In this document: piece by piece, positions 9,531 to 20,076 of the stretch
Position numbering within the stretch: the first letter of the stretch is position 1
How the letters are laid out: each line of letters begins with the position of its first letter
Program-made: the position numbers and the translations under genes
The notes under the pieces: model-generated
The model's input: only the letters and a program-made list of their open reading frames with translations
The model's database searches: none
What the model was told of the DNA's origin: nothing
Source of the DNA: an uncultured Erysipelotrichia bacterium
Lineage (GTDB): Bacteria > Bacillota_I > Bacilli_A > JBKEDG01
NCBI GenBank assembly: GCA_964593055.1
Contig: CAZQIG010000004.1
Location: 52,512-116,511, forward strand
Length of the DNA stretch: 64,000 nt
Reading direction: 5' to 3'

Positions 9531-10312
9531 TGGGAAAAGTTATATCATTAGTTAATCAAAAAGGTGGTGTTGGAAAAACAACAACATCAGTTAATTTAGC
9601 TGCAGCTTTAGCATATAATAATCAAAAAGTTTTACTTGTTGATTTGGATCCACAAGGAAATGCTACAACAGGTGTTGGCGTTGATAAAAGTAGTTTGAAT
9701 ACAAGTATCTATGATGTGTTAGTAAAAGAAACAACTGCAAGTGAGGCTATTTTAAAATTAGATGAGGCTAGTTTTGATTTAATTCCTACGACAATAGATT
9801 TAGCAGGTGCAGATGTGGAATTAGTTTCTATTGAAAATCGTGAGTATTGTTTAAAACGCAAACTATCTTTAGTGCAAGACAATTACGATTTTGTCATTAT
9901 TGATTGTCCACCTTCTTTAGGTCTACTATCAATTAATGCTTTAGCTGCATCAAATTCGGTTATAATTCCCGTGCAATGTGAATATTATGCGATGGAAGGG
10001 TTAACCCAGCTTTTAAGTACAATTCTTCGTGTTCAAAAAAATATTAATCGTAAGTTAGAAGTAGAAGGTGTTTTATTAACAATGCTAGATACGCGTACAA
10101 AATTAGGGTATGAAGTTAGTAATGAAGTGCGTATGTATTTTAATAAGAAAGTTTATGACACAATTATTCCTAGAGCAGTTCGCTTGAGTGAAGCACCAGC
10201 ATATGGACTGCCAATTATCGATTATGATTTTCATTCTAAGGGATCAAAGTCATACTTAGAATTAGCAAGTGAGGTGTTGATAAATAATGGGAAAAAAGAA
10301 AGCATTAGGTAA
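9530..10312 (+). CDS. parA: Chromosome partitioning ATPase Soj/ParA
   Basis: NQKGGVGKTTT deviant Walker A, DLDPQGN, IIDCPPSLG, PVQCEYYA. Confidence 0.96.
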   Translation: MGKVISLVNQKGGVGKTTTSVNLAAALAYNNQKVLLVDLDPQGNATTGVGVDKSSLNTSIYDVLVKETTASEAILKLDEASFDLIPTTIDLAGADVELVSIENREYCLKRKLSLVQDNYDFVIIDCPPSLGLLSINALAASNSVIIPVQCEYYAMEGLTQLLSTILRVQKNINRKLEVEGVLLTMLDTRTKLGYEVSNEVRMYFNKKVYDTIIPRAVRLSEAPAYGLPIIDYDFHSKGSKSYLELASEVLINNGKKESIR

Positions 10313-11147
10313 AGGTTTAGATGCTATTTTTTCTTCAGAAGGTATTAATTTAAATACTATTGAAGAGATTGAACAAAAAGTATCTAAGGATGAAATAATT
10401 GAAATTCCCTTGGATCAGATGAGGCCAAACCCTTATCAACCACGTAAGTTTTTTGATGAAGAGGCTTTAAATGATTTAGCTAAAAGCGTTAAGGAACACG
10501 GTGTTTTTCAACCGATTATTGTTAAAGAAAGTTTACACGGTTATGAAATTGTTGCTGGAGAAAGACGCTATCGTGCATCTAAGATTGCCAATTTAAAAGT
10601 AGTTCCAGCTGTTATTCGTAATTTAACTGATGCACAAATGATGGAAATTGCTTTAATTGAAAATTTACAACGTGAAGATTTAACTTCTATTGAAGAAGCT
10701 AAGGCATATGAAAATATTATTGAGAGATTAAATATTACGCAGTTAGAACTTTCTAAAAGAGTAGGAAAAAGTCGTTCTTATGTTACTAATATTTTAGGTC
10801 TTTTAAAACTACCCGATGATGTGCAAAAAAAAGTTTTGACAGGTGAATTATCAATGGGTCATGCAAGAGTTATTAGCAAGCTTGATAATGTTGAAGATAT
10901 GCGTAGAGCGATGAAACGCGTGTTAACTGAAAAAATGAATGTTCGTGATTTAGAAAAATCTAGTTCTAAATCGGCAACTAATAAAAAAGAAATTGATATT
11001 TTTAAAAAAGATTTAGCAAATCGTTTAAGTGAATACTTAAGTACAAAAGTAACGTTATCAAATAGTAGTATTACTTTTTCATATAGTAGTGATGATGATT
11101 TAAATAATTTGCTAAATAAGCTTGGATTAGGTGAGATAGATGATTAA
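10287..11147 (+). CDS. parB: Chromosome partitioning protein Spo0J/ParB
   Basis: LGKGLDA N-terminal peptide, PNPYQPRK, GERRYRA, ENLQREDL, GKSRSYVTN. Confidence 0.96.
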   Translation: MGKKKALGKGLDAIFSSEGINLNTIEEIEQKVSKDEIIEIPLDQMRPNPYQPRKFFDEEALNDLAKSVKEHGVFQPIIVKESLHGYEIVAGERRYRASKIANLKVVPAVIRNLTDAQMMEIALIENLQREDLTSIEEAKAYENIIERLNITQLELSKRVGKSRSYVTNILGLLKLPDDVQKKVLTGELSMGHARVISKLDNVEDMRRAMKRVLTEKMNVRDLEKSSSKSATNKKEIDIFKKDLANRLSEYLSTKVTLSNSSITFSYSSDDDLNNLLNKLGLGEIDD

Positions 11148-11940
11148 GAGTATTTTAGAAAATAATATAGCAGAAATTATTATTGAGCAAATTTTATTAG
11201 TTGTTTTCTTAGTAGTGATCTATTTTGTTTTAAAGCGTTTAATAAATTCACTTGTTGCTAAAAATAAATATAATGATTCTAAAAGAAATGCAACTGTTGC
11301 TAAGTTGTTAGTTAGTATTTTAAAATATATTTTATTGATTTGTTATATTGTAGGAGCTTTAAATATCTTAGGTATTAATGCTACAGCAATTATTGCTGGG
11401 GCTGGAGTAGTAGGTTTGGCTCTTGGTTTTGGAGCACAAAGTCTTGTTGAAGATGTAATTGCCGGATTTTTTATGTTTGTTGAGCATCAACTAGATGTTG
11501 GTGATATTGTTGAAATTGATGGATTTAAAGGCGAAGTATTAGAAATGGGTTTTAAAACAACTGTTTTGAAAAACTGGTTAGGTGATGTGAAGATTATTAG
11601 TAATGGAAATATTGAGTCACTTATTAATTATTCTAAATACAATTCTCTAGCAGTTATTGAAGTAAGTGTAGCTTATGATACAGATTTTAATGTTTTAACC
11701 GAAGTAATTGAAAATTATGGTGAAATAGCTACGAAAAAATTTCCTATGTTATTACAAAAGCCAACGTATGATGGTGTCGTTAAACTTGATGATAGTAGTA
11801 TAGTAATTCGAGTTAGTGCTCTTACTTTTCCAATGGAGCACTTAGAAATTGAAAGAGCTATTCGCTATGATTTAAAGAAGCTGTTTGATGAAAACGGTAT
11901 TAAAATCCCATTACCACAGTTGGTAGTTATCAATGTATAA
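11140..11940 (+). CDS. mscS: Small-conductance mechanosensitive channel family protein
   Basis: AGAGVVGLALGFGAQSLVED, VGDIVEI, three N-terminal TM segments. Confidence 0.9.
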   Translation: MIKSILENNIAEIIIEQILLVVFLVVIYFVLKRLINSLVAKNKYNDSKRNATVAKLLVSILKYILLICYIVGALNILGINATAIIAGAGVVGLALGFGAQSLVEDVIAGFFMFVEHQLDVGDIVEIDGFKGEVLEMGFKTTVLKNWLGDVKIISNGNIESLINYSKYNSLAVIEVSVAYDTDFNVLTEVIENYGEIATKKFPMLLQKPTYDGVVKLDDSSIVIRVSALTFPMEHLEIERAIRYDLKKLFDENGIKIPLPQLVVINV

Positions 11941-12130
11941 ATTTAAAGTTGGCGATAAAGTTAGTTTAAAGAAAGCTCATGCTTGTGGCAATAAAATTTG
12001 GTTGTTACAAAAAAATGGTGTCGATGTAACAATAAAGTGTTTAAGTTGTGGACGAATCGTAAAGCTTAATAGGCGTGAATTTGCTAAGCGTATTGTTAAG
12101 ATTGAGGAAGGTGAAATAAATGAAAGCTAA
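11933..12130 (+). CDS. DUF951 family protein
   Basis: VGDxVxLKKxHxCG...KCxxCGR; typical position before ychF. Confidence 0.85.
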   Translation: MYKFKVGDKVSLKKAHACGNKIWLLQKNGVDVTIKCLSCGRIVKLNRREFAKRIVKIEEGEINES

Positions 12131-13697
12131 AAAAGGATTTTGGAATAAGGTGGAGCTTGTGTTAAATAAAACTCCGCATTTATCGATTATGTTATTAATC
12201 GGTGTTGTAATTGTAGCAATTACAAGTGGAATACTAGCTTCTTATTTGGATACTATTTCGTATACTTTTATTGATCCAGAAACATTTGAAAAATCAAAAG
12301 TAACCTTGAAAATGGTTAATTATCTAGATATTGATAACATTGCTATTTTCTTAGCGAGAACTGTTGAAAATTTTGGAAGCTTTGATACTTTATATTTAGT
12401 AGTATTTACACTATTTGCTTTTGGTGTTAGTGAACGAAGCGGGTTTTTATATGTTAGCTTGAAAGGACTTTTGAAAAAAGTTCCTAACATTATAGTTACA
12501 GTACTTTTAGTTACAATTGCCATGTTATCTAGTATAGCATCTTCTGATTATTTAAGTGGATCTTACATTATCCTTTTACCTTTAGCAGCATTTATTTTCA
12601 TGGGAACTGATCGAAATCCGTTGGCAGGAATCGCTACTGTGCTTGCCTCTATTTTTGGAGGATATGCAATTAGCATTATTCATACCGGTTCATTAGATCA
12701 AATAAGTACGATTACTAATGTGCAATTAAATTACACTCTTATTACGGGAATAAATAGCGATTTTTACATTCAATTAGCTATGGGAGTAATTTTTGTAATA
12801 ACGACAACTTTCATTACTCATAATGTTATTGAAAATATTTTGCCACCATTTAATGCACATCTTTATACATTTGAAAAACTAACGATTCCTGAGCGTAAGG
12901 GAGTTATTGCTGCTGGTATTACTACAATGTTCTTTATTTTAATTTATTTTTACTTTTTATTACCACCGCATTTATCAACTTTACCTGGATTTGGGGCGTT
13001 GATAGGTGATTATGATCCAGTAGTACAATCATATATCGACAAGTTTTTTGAATCGATTTTCATAGAAGGAATTGCTATTCATATTGCCATTTATTTAATT
13101 ATCGTAAGTTCAGTTTTTGGATTAGTAAGTCATAAGTTCAGTAATTTCCAAGACATTATTAAATCGATGATTGATGCAATTGCCAATCATGCAGAATACT
13201 TTATTTTCGTATTTGCACTATCATTATTTATTACGATTTTATATGATAGCGGAGTAGCATTGTTTATCATTCAAGGATTAAATAATTTTGTCATTACTTA
13301 TAGCTTTGATACAATTAGCTTAGTAGTCTTTACTTTTATAGCATCTTTTGTCGGAACATTCTTTGTTCCATTACCTGCTCTAAGATGGGGAATAGCTGCC
13401 CCGGTAATTATACCGTTGTTTACTGCATTTTCATTAAATCCAGCTTTTGGACAAACAATTTTTTCAATGGGAGGTAGTGCATCTAGTTTTATTTCAATTG
13501 TTATGCCGTATACGATATTTGCTTTCGTCTTATTTGATGCTTATGCTATTAAGACAAATCAAAATTGTGGTAATGGTACGTATGTAAAATTAACATATCC
13601 ATATGCACTAGCATATGCTGTAGTATTTGGATTGTTATTCATCATTTGGCTAGTATTATCGATTCCTTTATCGAATACGCTACCAGTTATATTTTAG
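12120..13697 (+). CDS. Divergent AbgT-family membrane transporter
   Basis: Many TM segments; colinear with the AbgT at 20586 (VENFGSF, SERSGFL, RNPLAGI, GTYVKLTYPY). Confidence 0.75.
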   Translation: MKAKKGFWNKVELVLNKTPHLSIMLLIGVVIVAITSGILASYLDTISYTFIDPETFEKSKVTLKMVNYLDIDNIAIFLARTVENFGSFDTLYLVVFTLFAFGVSERSGFLYVSLKGLLKKVPNIIVTVLLVTIAMLSSIASSDYLSGSYIILLPLAAFIFMGTDRNPLAGIATVLASIFGGYAISIIHTGSLDQISTITNVQLNYTLITGINSDFYIQLAMGVIFVITTTFITHNVIENILPPFNAHLYTFEKLTIPERKGVIAAGITTMFFILIYFYFLLPPHLSTLPGFGALIGDYDPVVQSYIDKFFESIFIEGIAIHIAIYLIIVSSVFGLVSHKFSNFQDIIKSMIDAIANHAEYFIFVFALSLFITILYDSGVALFIIQGLNNFVITYSFDTISLVVFTFIASFVGTFFVPLPALRWGIAAPVIIPLFTAFSLNPAFGQTIFSMGGSASSFISIVMPYTIFAFVLFDAYAIKTNQNCGNGTYVKLTYPYALAYAVVFGLLFIIWLVLSIPLSNTLPVIF

Positions 13698-13705
13698 GAG
13701 GAAAT

Positions 13706-14809
13706 ATGTCATTAACTGCAGGAATTATCGGTTTACCTAATGTTGGTAAATCTACACTTTTTAACGCTATTACAAAATCAGAAATTTTAGCAGCAAACTA
13801 TCCTTTTGCAACAGTTGATCCTAATGTCGGTGTAGTAGAAGTACCTGACTATCGTTTAGCGGAGTTAACAAAAATTGCTGAACCAGAAAAAACAATTCCA
13901 GCTATTTTCGAATTTACTGATATTGCTGGTCTTGTTAAAGGAGCAAGTAAAGGAGAAGGGTTAGGTAATCAATTTTTAAGTCATATACGTGAAGTAGATG
14001 CTCTTTGTCATGTTGTACGCTGTTTTGAAGATTATGATGTATTGCATGTTGATGGTGATGTTGATCCTATTAGAGATGCAGAAACGATTAGTATGGAATT
14101 AATTTTTGCTGATTTAGAAATTATCGATAAACGTTTACCAAAAATTGAAAAAAAAGCGGAAATGAAAATAGATAAAGATATTGTAAGAGAGTTTCGCATT
14201 TTAAAAGTTTTAAAAGAGGTGCTAGAAGCAGGTAAACCTGCTAGAAGTGCTAACTTAGATATTTTAGATTTAGAGTTTATCAAAAATTTTAATTTTTTGA
14301 CTTTAAAGCCTATTATCTATATTGCAAATATTAGTGAAGAAGATTTAGTCGAAAAAAGAGAAAATGAGTTAGTCAAAAAACTAACTGACTTTGCTAATGC
14401 TGAAGGTAATCACGTCATTGTTATTAGTGCGAAGATTGAAAGTGAGTTAGCACAATTAAGTGATGAAGAAAAAGTCCTATTTATTGAAGAGTTGGGCTTG
14501 GAACAAAGCGGTTTAGATCTTTTAATTAAGGAGGCATATGCGCTTTTAGGACTACGTACTTATTTTACAATTGGTAAAAAAGAAGTTCGTGCTTGGACTT
14601 TTAAGGATGGCTATACTGCACCAGAATGTGCGGGTGTAATTCATACTGATTTTGAAAGAGGATTTATTAGAGCTGAAGTAGTAGCTTATGATGTTTTAGT
14701 AGAATTAGGAAGCGAAAAAGCTGCAAAAGAAGCCGGTAAATATCGCTTGGAGGGGAAAGATTATTTAATGAAGGATGGAGATGTTTGTCATTTCCGCTTT
14801 AATGTATGA
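13706..14809 (+). CDS. ychF: Redox-regulated ATPase YchF
   Basis: GLPNVGKSTLFNA, ANYPFAT, DIAGLVKGAS, GVIHTDFERGFI, FRFNV; start at ATG 13706 after AGGAGG. Confidence 0.97.
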   Translation: MSLTAGIIGLPNVGKSTLFNAITKSEILAANYPFATVDPNVGVVEVPDYRLAELTKIAEPEKTIPAIFEFTDIAGLVKGASKGEGLGNQFLSHIREVDALCHVVRCFEDYDVLHVDGDVDPIRDAETISMELIFADLEIIDKRLPKIEKKAEMKIDKDIVREFRILKVLKEVLEAGKPARSANLDILDLEFIKNFNFLTLKPIIYIANISEEDLVEKRENELVKKLTDFANAEGNHVIVISAKIESELAQLSDEEKVLFIEELGLEQSGLDLLIKEAYALLGLRTYFTIGKKEVRAWTFKDGYTAPECAGVIHTDFERGFIRAEVVAYDVLVELGSEKAAKEAGKYRLEGKDYLMKDGDVCHFRFNV

Positions 14810-15621
14810 AAAAAGCTTTAGAGTTTAAAAATGTTAATTTCTCTTATGATAATAAACATGATGTTTTAAAAAATATCAATTTAGAAATTGCAGTAGGAGA
14901 GTGGATTAGCATCGTAGGTCATAATGGTAGTGGTAAATCTACTTTAACAAAACTGATGTGTGCACTAGAAATTCCTAAATCAGGTGTTATTGAAGTAAAT
15001 GGTAAAGATATTGCTGGTCTAACACCATCACAGATTAGTGATATTGGAATTGTTTTTCAAAATCCTGATAACCAGTTTGTCGGTAGTACAGTTTATGATG
15101 ATATTGCTTTTGGCTTGCAAAATATAAAATTAGAGCGTAAACTAATTTTAGAAAGAATTTCTGAATATGCTACATTAGTAGGTATGGAAGATTTTTTAAA
15201 CCGTGAGCCACATACTTTAAGTGGAGGGCAAAAACAACGTGTAGCAATCGCAAGTACGCTTGCACTACATCCTAAAATTATCGTTTTAGATGAGGCGACA
15301 TCAATGCTTGATCCACAAGGTGTAAAAGAGGTTTTACAGCTCGTGAAGAAATTGCGTCAAGAGTTAGATTTAACAATCATTTCAATTACGCATGATCTTG
15401 ATGAAACTTTGTATAGTGATCGTATTGTTGTTTTTGATCAAGGAGAAATTGTTTTCAATGATGATAAAAAGAACGTTTATCAAGAAGTGAAAACTTTACA
15501 AAAAATTGGTCTTGATATTCCATTTGTCAAAAAATTAACACAAGCTTTGGAAATAAAAAAAGACGTATACGATATTGAAAGTGTGGTTGATGAACTATGC
15601 AAATTAAATTTGATGAAGTAA
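14806..15621 (+). CDS. ecfA1: ECF transporter ATPase 1
   Basis: GHNGSGKST, VFQNPDNQFVG, LSGGQKQR, DEATSMLDP. Confidence 0.93.
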   Translation: MKKALEFKNVNFSYDNKHDVLKNINLEIAVGEWISIVGHNGSGKSTLTKLMCALEIPKSGVIEVNGKDIAGLTPSQISDIGIVFQNPDNQFVGSTVYDDIAFGLQNIKLERKLILERISEYATLVGMEDFLNREPHTLSGGQKQRVAIASTLALHPKIIVLDEATSMLDPQGVKEVLQLVKKLRQELDLTIISITHDLDETLYSDRIVVFDQGEIVFNDDKKNVYQEVKTLQKIGLDIPFVKKLTQALEIKKDVYDIESVVDELCKLNLMK

Positions 15622-16418
15622 GCTATGTTTATAGAAGTCCGCTGATGCAAGTCGCTGCTTTAGAAGGGGTTAATTTTGAATTAAAAACATCCAAATTTTA
15701 TGGAATTGTAGGGCATACAGGTAGTGGAAAATCTACTTTCATTCAGCATCTAAACATTTTGTTGCAGCCTACTTCTGGTAAAATTACTTTAAATGAATTA
15801 GAGATAGGATCTGAAACAAAAATTAAGCAAATAAATAAGGTTCGTAAAAATATTGGAATTGTTATGCAATTTTCAGAAAATCAACTTTTTGAAGAAACAG
15901 TTGAAAAAGATATTTTATTTGGACCTAATAATTTTGGAATTGCGAATATCAATCCAGCTTTCTTTTTAGATTTAGTAGGTTTAGATGAAAGTTTTTTAGA
16001 AAAGATTCCTTTTGAATTAAGTGGGGGACAGATGCGTAGAGTAGCAATTGCTGGTGTACTTGCTTATAATCCTAAAGTTTTGATTTTAGATGAGCCAACT
16101 GTTGGATTAGATCCACAAGGTAAAAAACAGATTATGGAGATGCTAAAAAAGCTTCATAAAAGTGGAATTACGGTTATTATTATTACACATGAGATGGAAA
16201 ATATCTACGAGTATTGTCAACACGTTTTAGCATTTGAAAAAGGCAAATTAATTTTTGATGATGAAATTACTGCTTTTGTAGAAAATAAAAAAATGAATGA
16301 ATTATTTTCTTCACCTACTTTAGAGTTTAAGAAACAATTAGAAGAGGCTTTAAACTATGAATTTAGTGCTTATAAGTTTGAAGATTTAGTGAAAGAAGTG
16401 AAGGCATATTATGGCTAG
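15597..16418 (+). CDS. ecfA2: ECF transporter ATPase 2
   Basis: GHTGSGKST, QLFEETV, PFELSGGQMRRVAIAG. Confidence 0.93.
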   Translation: MQIKFDEVSYVYRSPLMQVAALEGVNFELKTSKFYGIVGHTGSGKSTFIQHLNILLQPTSGKITLNELEIGSETKIKQINKVRKNIGIVMQFSENQLFEETVEKDILFGPNNFGIANINPAFFLDLVGLDESFLEKIPFELSGGQMRRVAIAGVLAYNPKVLILDEPTVGLDPQGKKQIMEMLKKLHKSGITVIIITHEMENIYEYCQHVLAFEKGKLIFDDEITAFVENKKMNELFSSPTLEFKKQLEEALNYEFSAYKFEDLVKEVKAYYG

Positions 16419-17220
16419 TATGTTACTAGGACAATACATTAATAAAGAATCAATAGTGCATAACCTTAACCCTAAAATAAAAATCATTTCATCACTACTG
16501 TTTGTTTTTTCTTTACTATTTACAACTAACCTTTATTTTTATACTATATTATTTTTGATTGTCATTATTTTATCGCAACTTTCAAAAATTGGGATGTTAA
16601 GACTCCTTAAAGGTTTAAAGGCTTTACGATTTTTAATTGTTTTCATGCTTGTTTTTAATATTTTACTATTTGATGGTGATGGAGAACCGCTATTTAGTTT
16701 TTGGATAATTGATGTTTATGCTGCAGGTTTAATCCATACTTTCTTTTTAGTTTTTCGTTTAGTAATTGTTATTTCATATACTTCTTTATTAACTCTAACG
16801 ACAAAGCCGATAGAGTTATCCGACGCGATTGAAGAATTATTAAAGCCTTTACAGATTTTTAAAGTACCTGCACATGAAATTGGTATGATGATTTCAATTG
16901 CTTTAAGGTTTATTCCGACACTTTTTGAAGAAACTGATAAAATTATGAAAGCTCAAGCGAGTCGTGGTATAGATTTTGTTCACGGTAGTATTAAAACAAA
17001 AATCAAAGGAATTACTGCACTGATTATACCGCTATTTATTGGTTCATTACAAAGAGCGTATGATTTAGCAGATGCTATGGAAGTTAGAGGTTATAGCGGA
17101 ACAGGAGATCGAACTAAACTTCGAGTTTATAAAAACACGAAGATTGATATAGTTTATTTAGTTTTTCATATATTATTAATACTTATAAGCATAATTCTTT
17201 TAATGAGGAGGTTTTTATGA
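16411..17220 (+). CDS. ecfT: ECF transporter transmembrane component T
   Basis: ALRFIPTL, AQASRG and AMEVRGY coupling motifs. Confidence 0.93.
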   Translation: MASMLLGQYINKESIVHNLNPKIKIISSLLFVFSLLFTTNLYFYTILFLIVIILSQLSKIGMLRLLKGLKALRFLIVFMLVFNILLFDGDGEPLFSFWIIDVYAAGLIHTFFLVFRLVIVISYTSLLTLTTKPIELSDAIEELLKPLQIFKVPAHEIGMMISIALRFIPTLFEETDKIMKAQASRGIDFVHGSIKTKIKGITALIIPLFIGSLQRAYDLADAMEVRGYSGTGDRTKLRVYKNTKIDIVYLVFHILLILISIILLMRRFL

Positions 17221-17951
17221 GATATAAAGTAATTATTTCATATGATGGTAGTAAATTTAGTGGTTATCAAGTGCAAGATAATGCGCGCACTGTTCAAGGT
17301 GAGCTTGAAAAAGTTCTTGAAAAAATTACGAAAGAGAAAATACGTATTAGTGCAGCTGGTAGAACAGATACTGGGGTACATGCTAAGGCACAAGTATTTC
17401 ATTTTGATACAGAATTAAACATTTCTCGAGACAAAATGTTAAATGCAATAAATTCTAAATTACCTAAAGATATTTATGCTCGTCGTGTTACACGTGTTAG
17501 TTCTGAATTTCATTCTCGTTTTGATGCGGTTTCAAAACACTATCAATATATGATTAATGTTGGAGAATACAATCCAATTTTAAAAGATTATATTTATCAA
17601 TATAATCGTTCTATCGATATTGAGCTTTTAAAAGATGGGGCAAAATACTTAATTGGTAAACATGATTTTACTTCCTTAACAACTGGAGATAGTCGTGATA
17701 ATGACAATGTTCGTGAAATTACAAGTATAGAAATTGAAGAAATTAATGGTGTTGTAGTTATTAATGTTTATGGAGACGGTTTTTTGAAATATATGGTTAG
17801 AAATATTATAGGTTTATTACTAGCAGTTAGTGAAGGTAAAATTGAAGCTAAACAGGTTGCTGAAGTAGTTGATAAGAAAAAACGCGAGCAAGATATTTTA
17901 TTTAAATGTGTTCCTGGTTGTGGATTATATTTAATGAATGTGAGGTATTAG
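17217..17951 (+). CDS. truA: tRNA pseudouridine(38-40) synthase
   Basis: YDGSKFSGYQ, AGRTDTGVHA, GKHDF, FLKYMVRNI. Confidence 0.96.
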   Translation: MRYKVIISYDGSKFSGYQVQDNARTVQGELEKVLEKITKEKIRISAAGRTDTGVHAKAQVFHFDTELNISRDKMLNAINSKLPKDIYARRVTRVSSEFHSRFDAVSKHYQYMINVGEYNPILKDYIYQYNRSIDIELLKDGAKYLIGKHDFTSLTTGDSRDNDNVREITSIEIEEINGVVVINVYGDGFLKYMVRNIIGLLLAVSEGKIEAKQVAEVVDKKKREQDILFKCVPGCGLYLMNVRY

Positions 17952-17956
17952 TTTAG

Positions 17957-19192
17957 GTGGAAAATACTTTAAAATTAAAATCACGGTTTATGTACTTGGA
18001 ATTTACACTTATTATTTTAATAACTGGGTTTATCGTTTCATTATTTTTATACGATGAAAATGTCCTAAGCGGTTTTATAAGTATTATTAGTTATAAAAGT
18101 TTATTACTTACTGACTATATTACAGTAGGTGGAATTAGTGCAACACTTTTAAATGTCATTCTTATTTTATGTTTAAATTTAAGTTTAATAAAATTTTGTG
18201 ATTTAAAAATTAATGGTGGGGTATTTGCAGGTATCTATATTATGATAGGATTTTCTTTCTTTGGTAAAAACATTCTTAATATCTTACCTATTTATTTTGG
18301 AATTTGGCTTTATTCTAAAACACAACATCATAAATTCAAAAGATATTTCATCATTGCGCTATTTGCTTCTGGTATGGCACCTATTGTATCTTTTGGTTTT
18401 TTAGAAAATAACTTTTTGACTATTTTAGGAATAATTTTAGGAATAGGTTATGGGTTTATAGTTCCTGCTCTATCTGCACAATTAATCAGATATCATAGTG
18501 GTTATACTTTGTATAATATTGGTTTTACGGGAGGAATTGTAGCTATTGTAGTTTTTGCAGTTTTAAATTTATTTGGAATTGAAACAGAAATTACTTCTTC
18601 TTTTTCTAAAGAATATCACTACTTTTTATTAACGCTGTTTATGATAATTGTCTTGATGTATTTAATAGTTGGGATTACAATGTGTAGTGAACGAAGTCGT
18701 TATAAAAAAATGTTGTCGATGAGTGGACGTGCCGTAACTGATTTTACAATGATTTTTGATAAATCATTAACTTATATAAATTTTGGAATTTTAGGTTTGA
18801 TTGCTTGTATAGTTTTATTACTAAGTGATGATGCGATTAATGGAATTGTTTTTGGGGTTGCCATAACTGTTGTGGGATTTTCAGGCTTTGGTAAGCATGC
18901 TAGAAATGTTTTACCATTAATAATTAGTATTTTAATTATTGGCTATTTACATGTTGGAACAATTAATAATGAAATTGTAATCATCGCCTTATTTTCAACT
19001 GGGTTAGCACCAATTTCTGGTGATTTTGGAGTTATCGCAGGATTAATAGCTGGATTATTACATTATTCTTTAGTAATAAAAACTGCTAACTGGCAAGGTG
19101 GATTGAACTTATACAATAATGGTTTTGTAACGGGAATTGTTGCCGGATTTTTAGGGGGTATTCTCGATTCAATAGAATTGAAAAGGAGATAA
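17957..19192 (+). CDS. DUF1576-family multi-pass membrane protein
   Basis: Internally duplicated membrane protein with GFSFFGKN / GFSGFGKH and GYTLYNIGFTGG / GLNLYNNGF motifs. Confidence 0.8.
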   Translation: MENTLKLKSRFMYLEFTLIILITGFIVSLFLYDENVLSGFISIISYKSLLLTDYITVGGISATLLNVILILCLNLSLIKFCDLKINGGVFAGIYIMIGFSFFGKNILNILPIYFGIWLYSKTQHHKFKRYFIIALFASGMAPIVSFGFLENNFLTILGIILGIGYGFIVPALSAQLIRYHSGYTLYNIGFTGGIVAIVVFAVLNLFGIETEITSSFSKEYHYFLLTLFMIIVLMYLIVGITMCSERSRYKKMLSMSGRAVTDFTMIFDKSLTYINFGILGLIACIVLLLSDDAINGIVFGVAITVVGFSGFGKHARNVLPLIISILIIGYLHVGTINNEIVIIALFSTGLAPISGDFGVIAGLIAGLLHYSLVIKTANWQGGLNLYNNGFVTGIVAGFLGGILDSIELKRR

Positions 19193-19194
19193 TT

Positions 19195-19542
19195 ATGGAT
19201 CATGAATTTAAAAAAGCAGGTAAAATTATCGATGAAATTGTAACTCATTTACTTAGAAAAGGTCATAGAGAGTTAAATGTTGATTTGAAACTTAATAATA
19301 ATGAATCAATTTTCACAATTAAACTTGAACGTGTAGATGATGATTTGTTAAAACTTTTAGATGAAACACTTAATCAAGAACGTGACTTGTCAATTGAAGA
19401 GTATGGTTGGGAATTAATGGGTGAATCAGATTTTTCTTCAGAATTAAATCTTGTTGGAATGTGTTTAGATGAATTTAGAATTTTGAAAAATGATGATTAT
19501 ACTGAATTTATGTTAATTAGAAACAATCGTGTTGACAACTAA
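19195..19542 (+). CDS. Hypothetical acidic protein coupled to the DUF1576 gene
   Basis: AAGGAG RBS, starts 2 bp after the upstream stop; EEYGWELMGE motif. Confidence 0.75.
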   Translation: MDHEFKKAGKIIDEIVTHLLRKGHRELNVDLKLNNNESIFTIKLERVDDDLLKLLDETLNQERDLSIEEYGWELMGESDFSSELNLVGMCLDEFRILKNDDYTEFMLIRNNRVDN

Positions 19543-19560
19543 AGTAATTAGTAGTATAAT
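19532..19560 (+). promoter_or_regulatory. Sigma-A promoter of rplM-rpsI
   Basis: Perfect TTGACA (19532-37), 17 bp, TATAAT (19555-60). Confidence 0.85.
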
Positions 19561-19564
19561 TTTG

Positions 19565-19635
19565 AGGTGCGCAAAATTTCCTTTCAAAAAAAATGGCCCC
19601 GGAACTGTTTGTTTTGAAAAATAGGAGGATTTATT
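19565..19635 (+). promoter_or_regulatory. Putative L13 leader (r-protein autoregulatory 5' UTR)
   Basis: 5' UTR of rplM with TTTCAAAA/TTTTGAAA pairing around a CCCCGGA core, resembling Bacillota L13 leaders. Confidence 0.5.
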
Positions 19636-20064
19636 ATGAAAACATTTATGCAAAAATCGCATGAAGTTGAAAGAAAATGGTATGTTGTAGATGCAACTGA
19701 TAAGACACTTGGTCGTATTTCAACACAAATTTCAATGATTTTAACAGGGAAGAATAAACCGATTTATACACCACATGTTGATTGCGGTGATTATGTAATC
19801 GTGATTAATGCTGATAAGGTAGCTTTGACAAAAGATAAGTGGGAAAAGAAGAAATATTACTCACATAGTGGTCATCCAGGTGGACTTAAGACACGAACAG
19901 CAGAAGAAGTACTAGCTACTTTTCCAGAGAGAATCATTGAACACTCTGTTAAAGGAATGTTACCAAAAGGTAAATTAGGAAGACAAATTTATAAAAAATT
20001 ACATGTATATGCTGGTAGTGAACATCCACATGTTGCACAACAACCAGAAGTAATAGAATTATAG
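19636..20064 (+). CDS. rplM: 50S ribosomal protein L13
   Basis: [31 protein letters not shown]. Confidence 0.98.
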   Translation: MKTFMQKSHEVERKWYVVDATDKTLGRISTQISMILTGKNKPIYTPHVDCGDYVIVINADKVALTKDKWEKKKYYSHSGHPGGLKTRTAEEVLATFPERIIEHSVKGMLPKGKLGRQIYKKLHVYAGSEHPHVAQQPEVIEL

Positions 20065-20076
20065 GAGGTGGAGTTT

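Noticed and set aside
17486-17501. parS-like TGTTACACGTGTTAGT inside truA
   Set aside because: Only the left part matches TGTTNCACGTGAAACA; not palindromic enough to call
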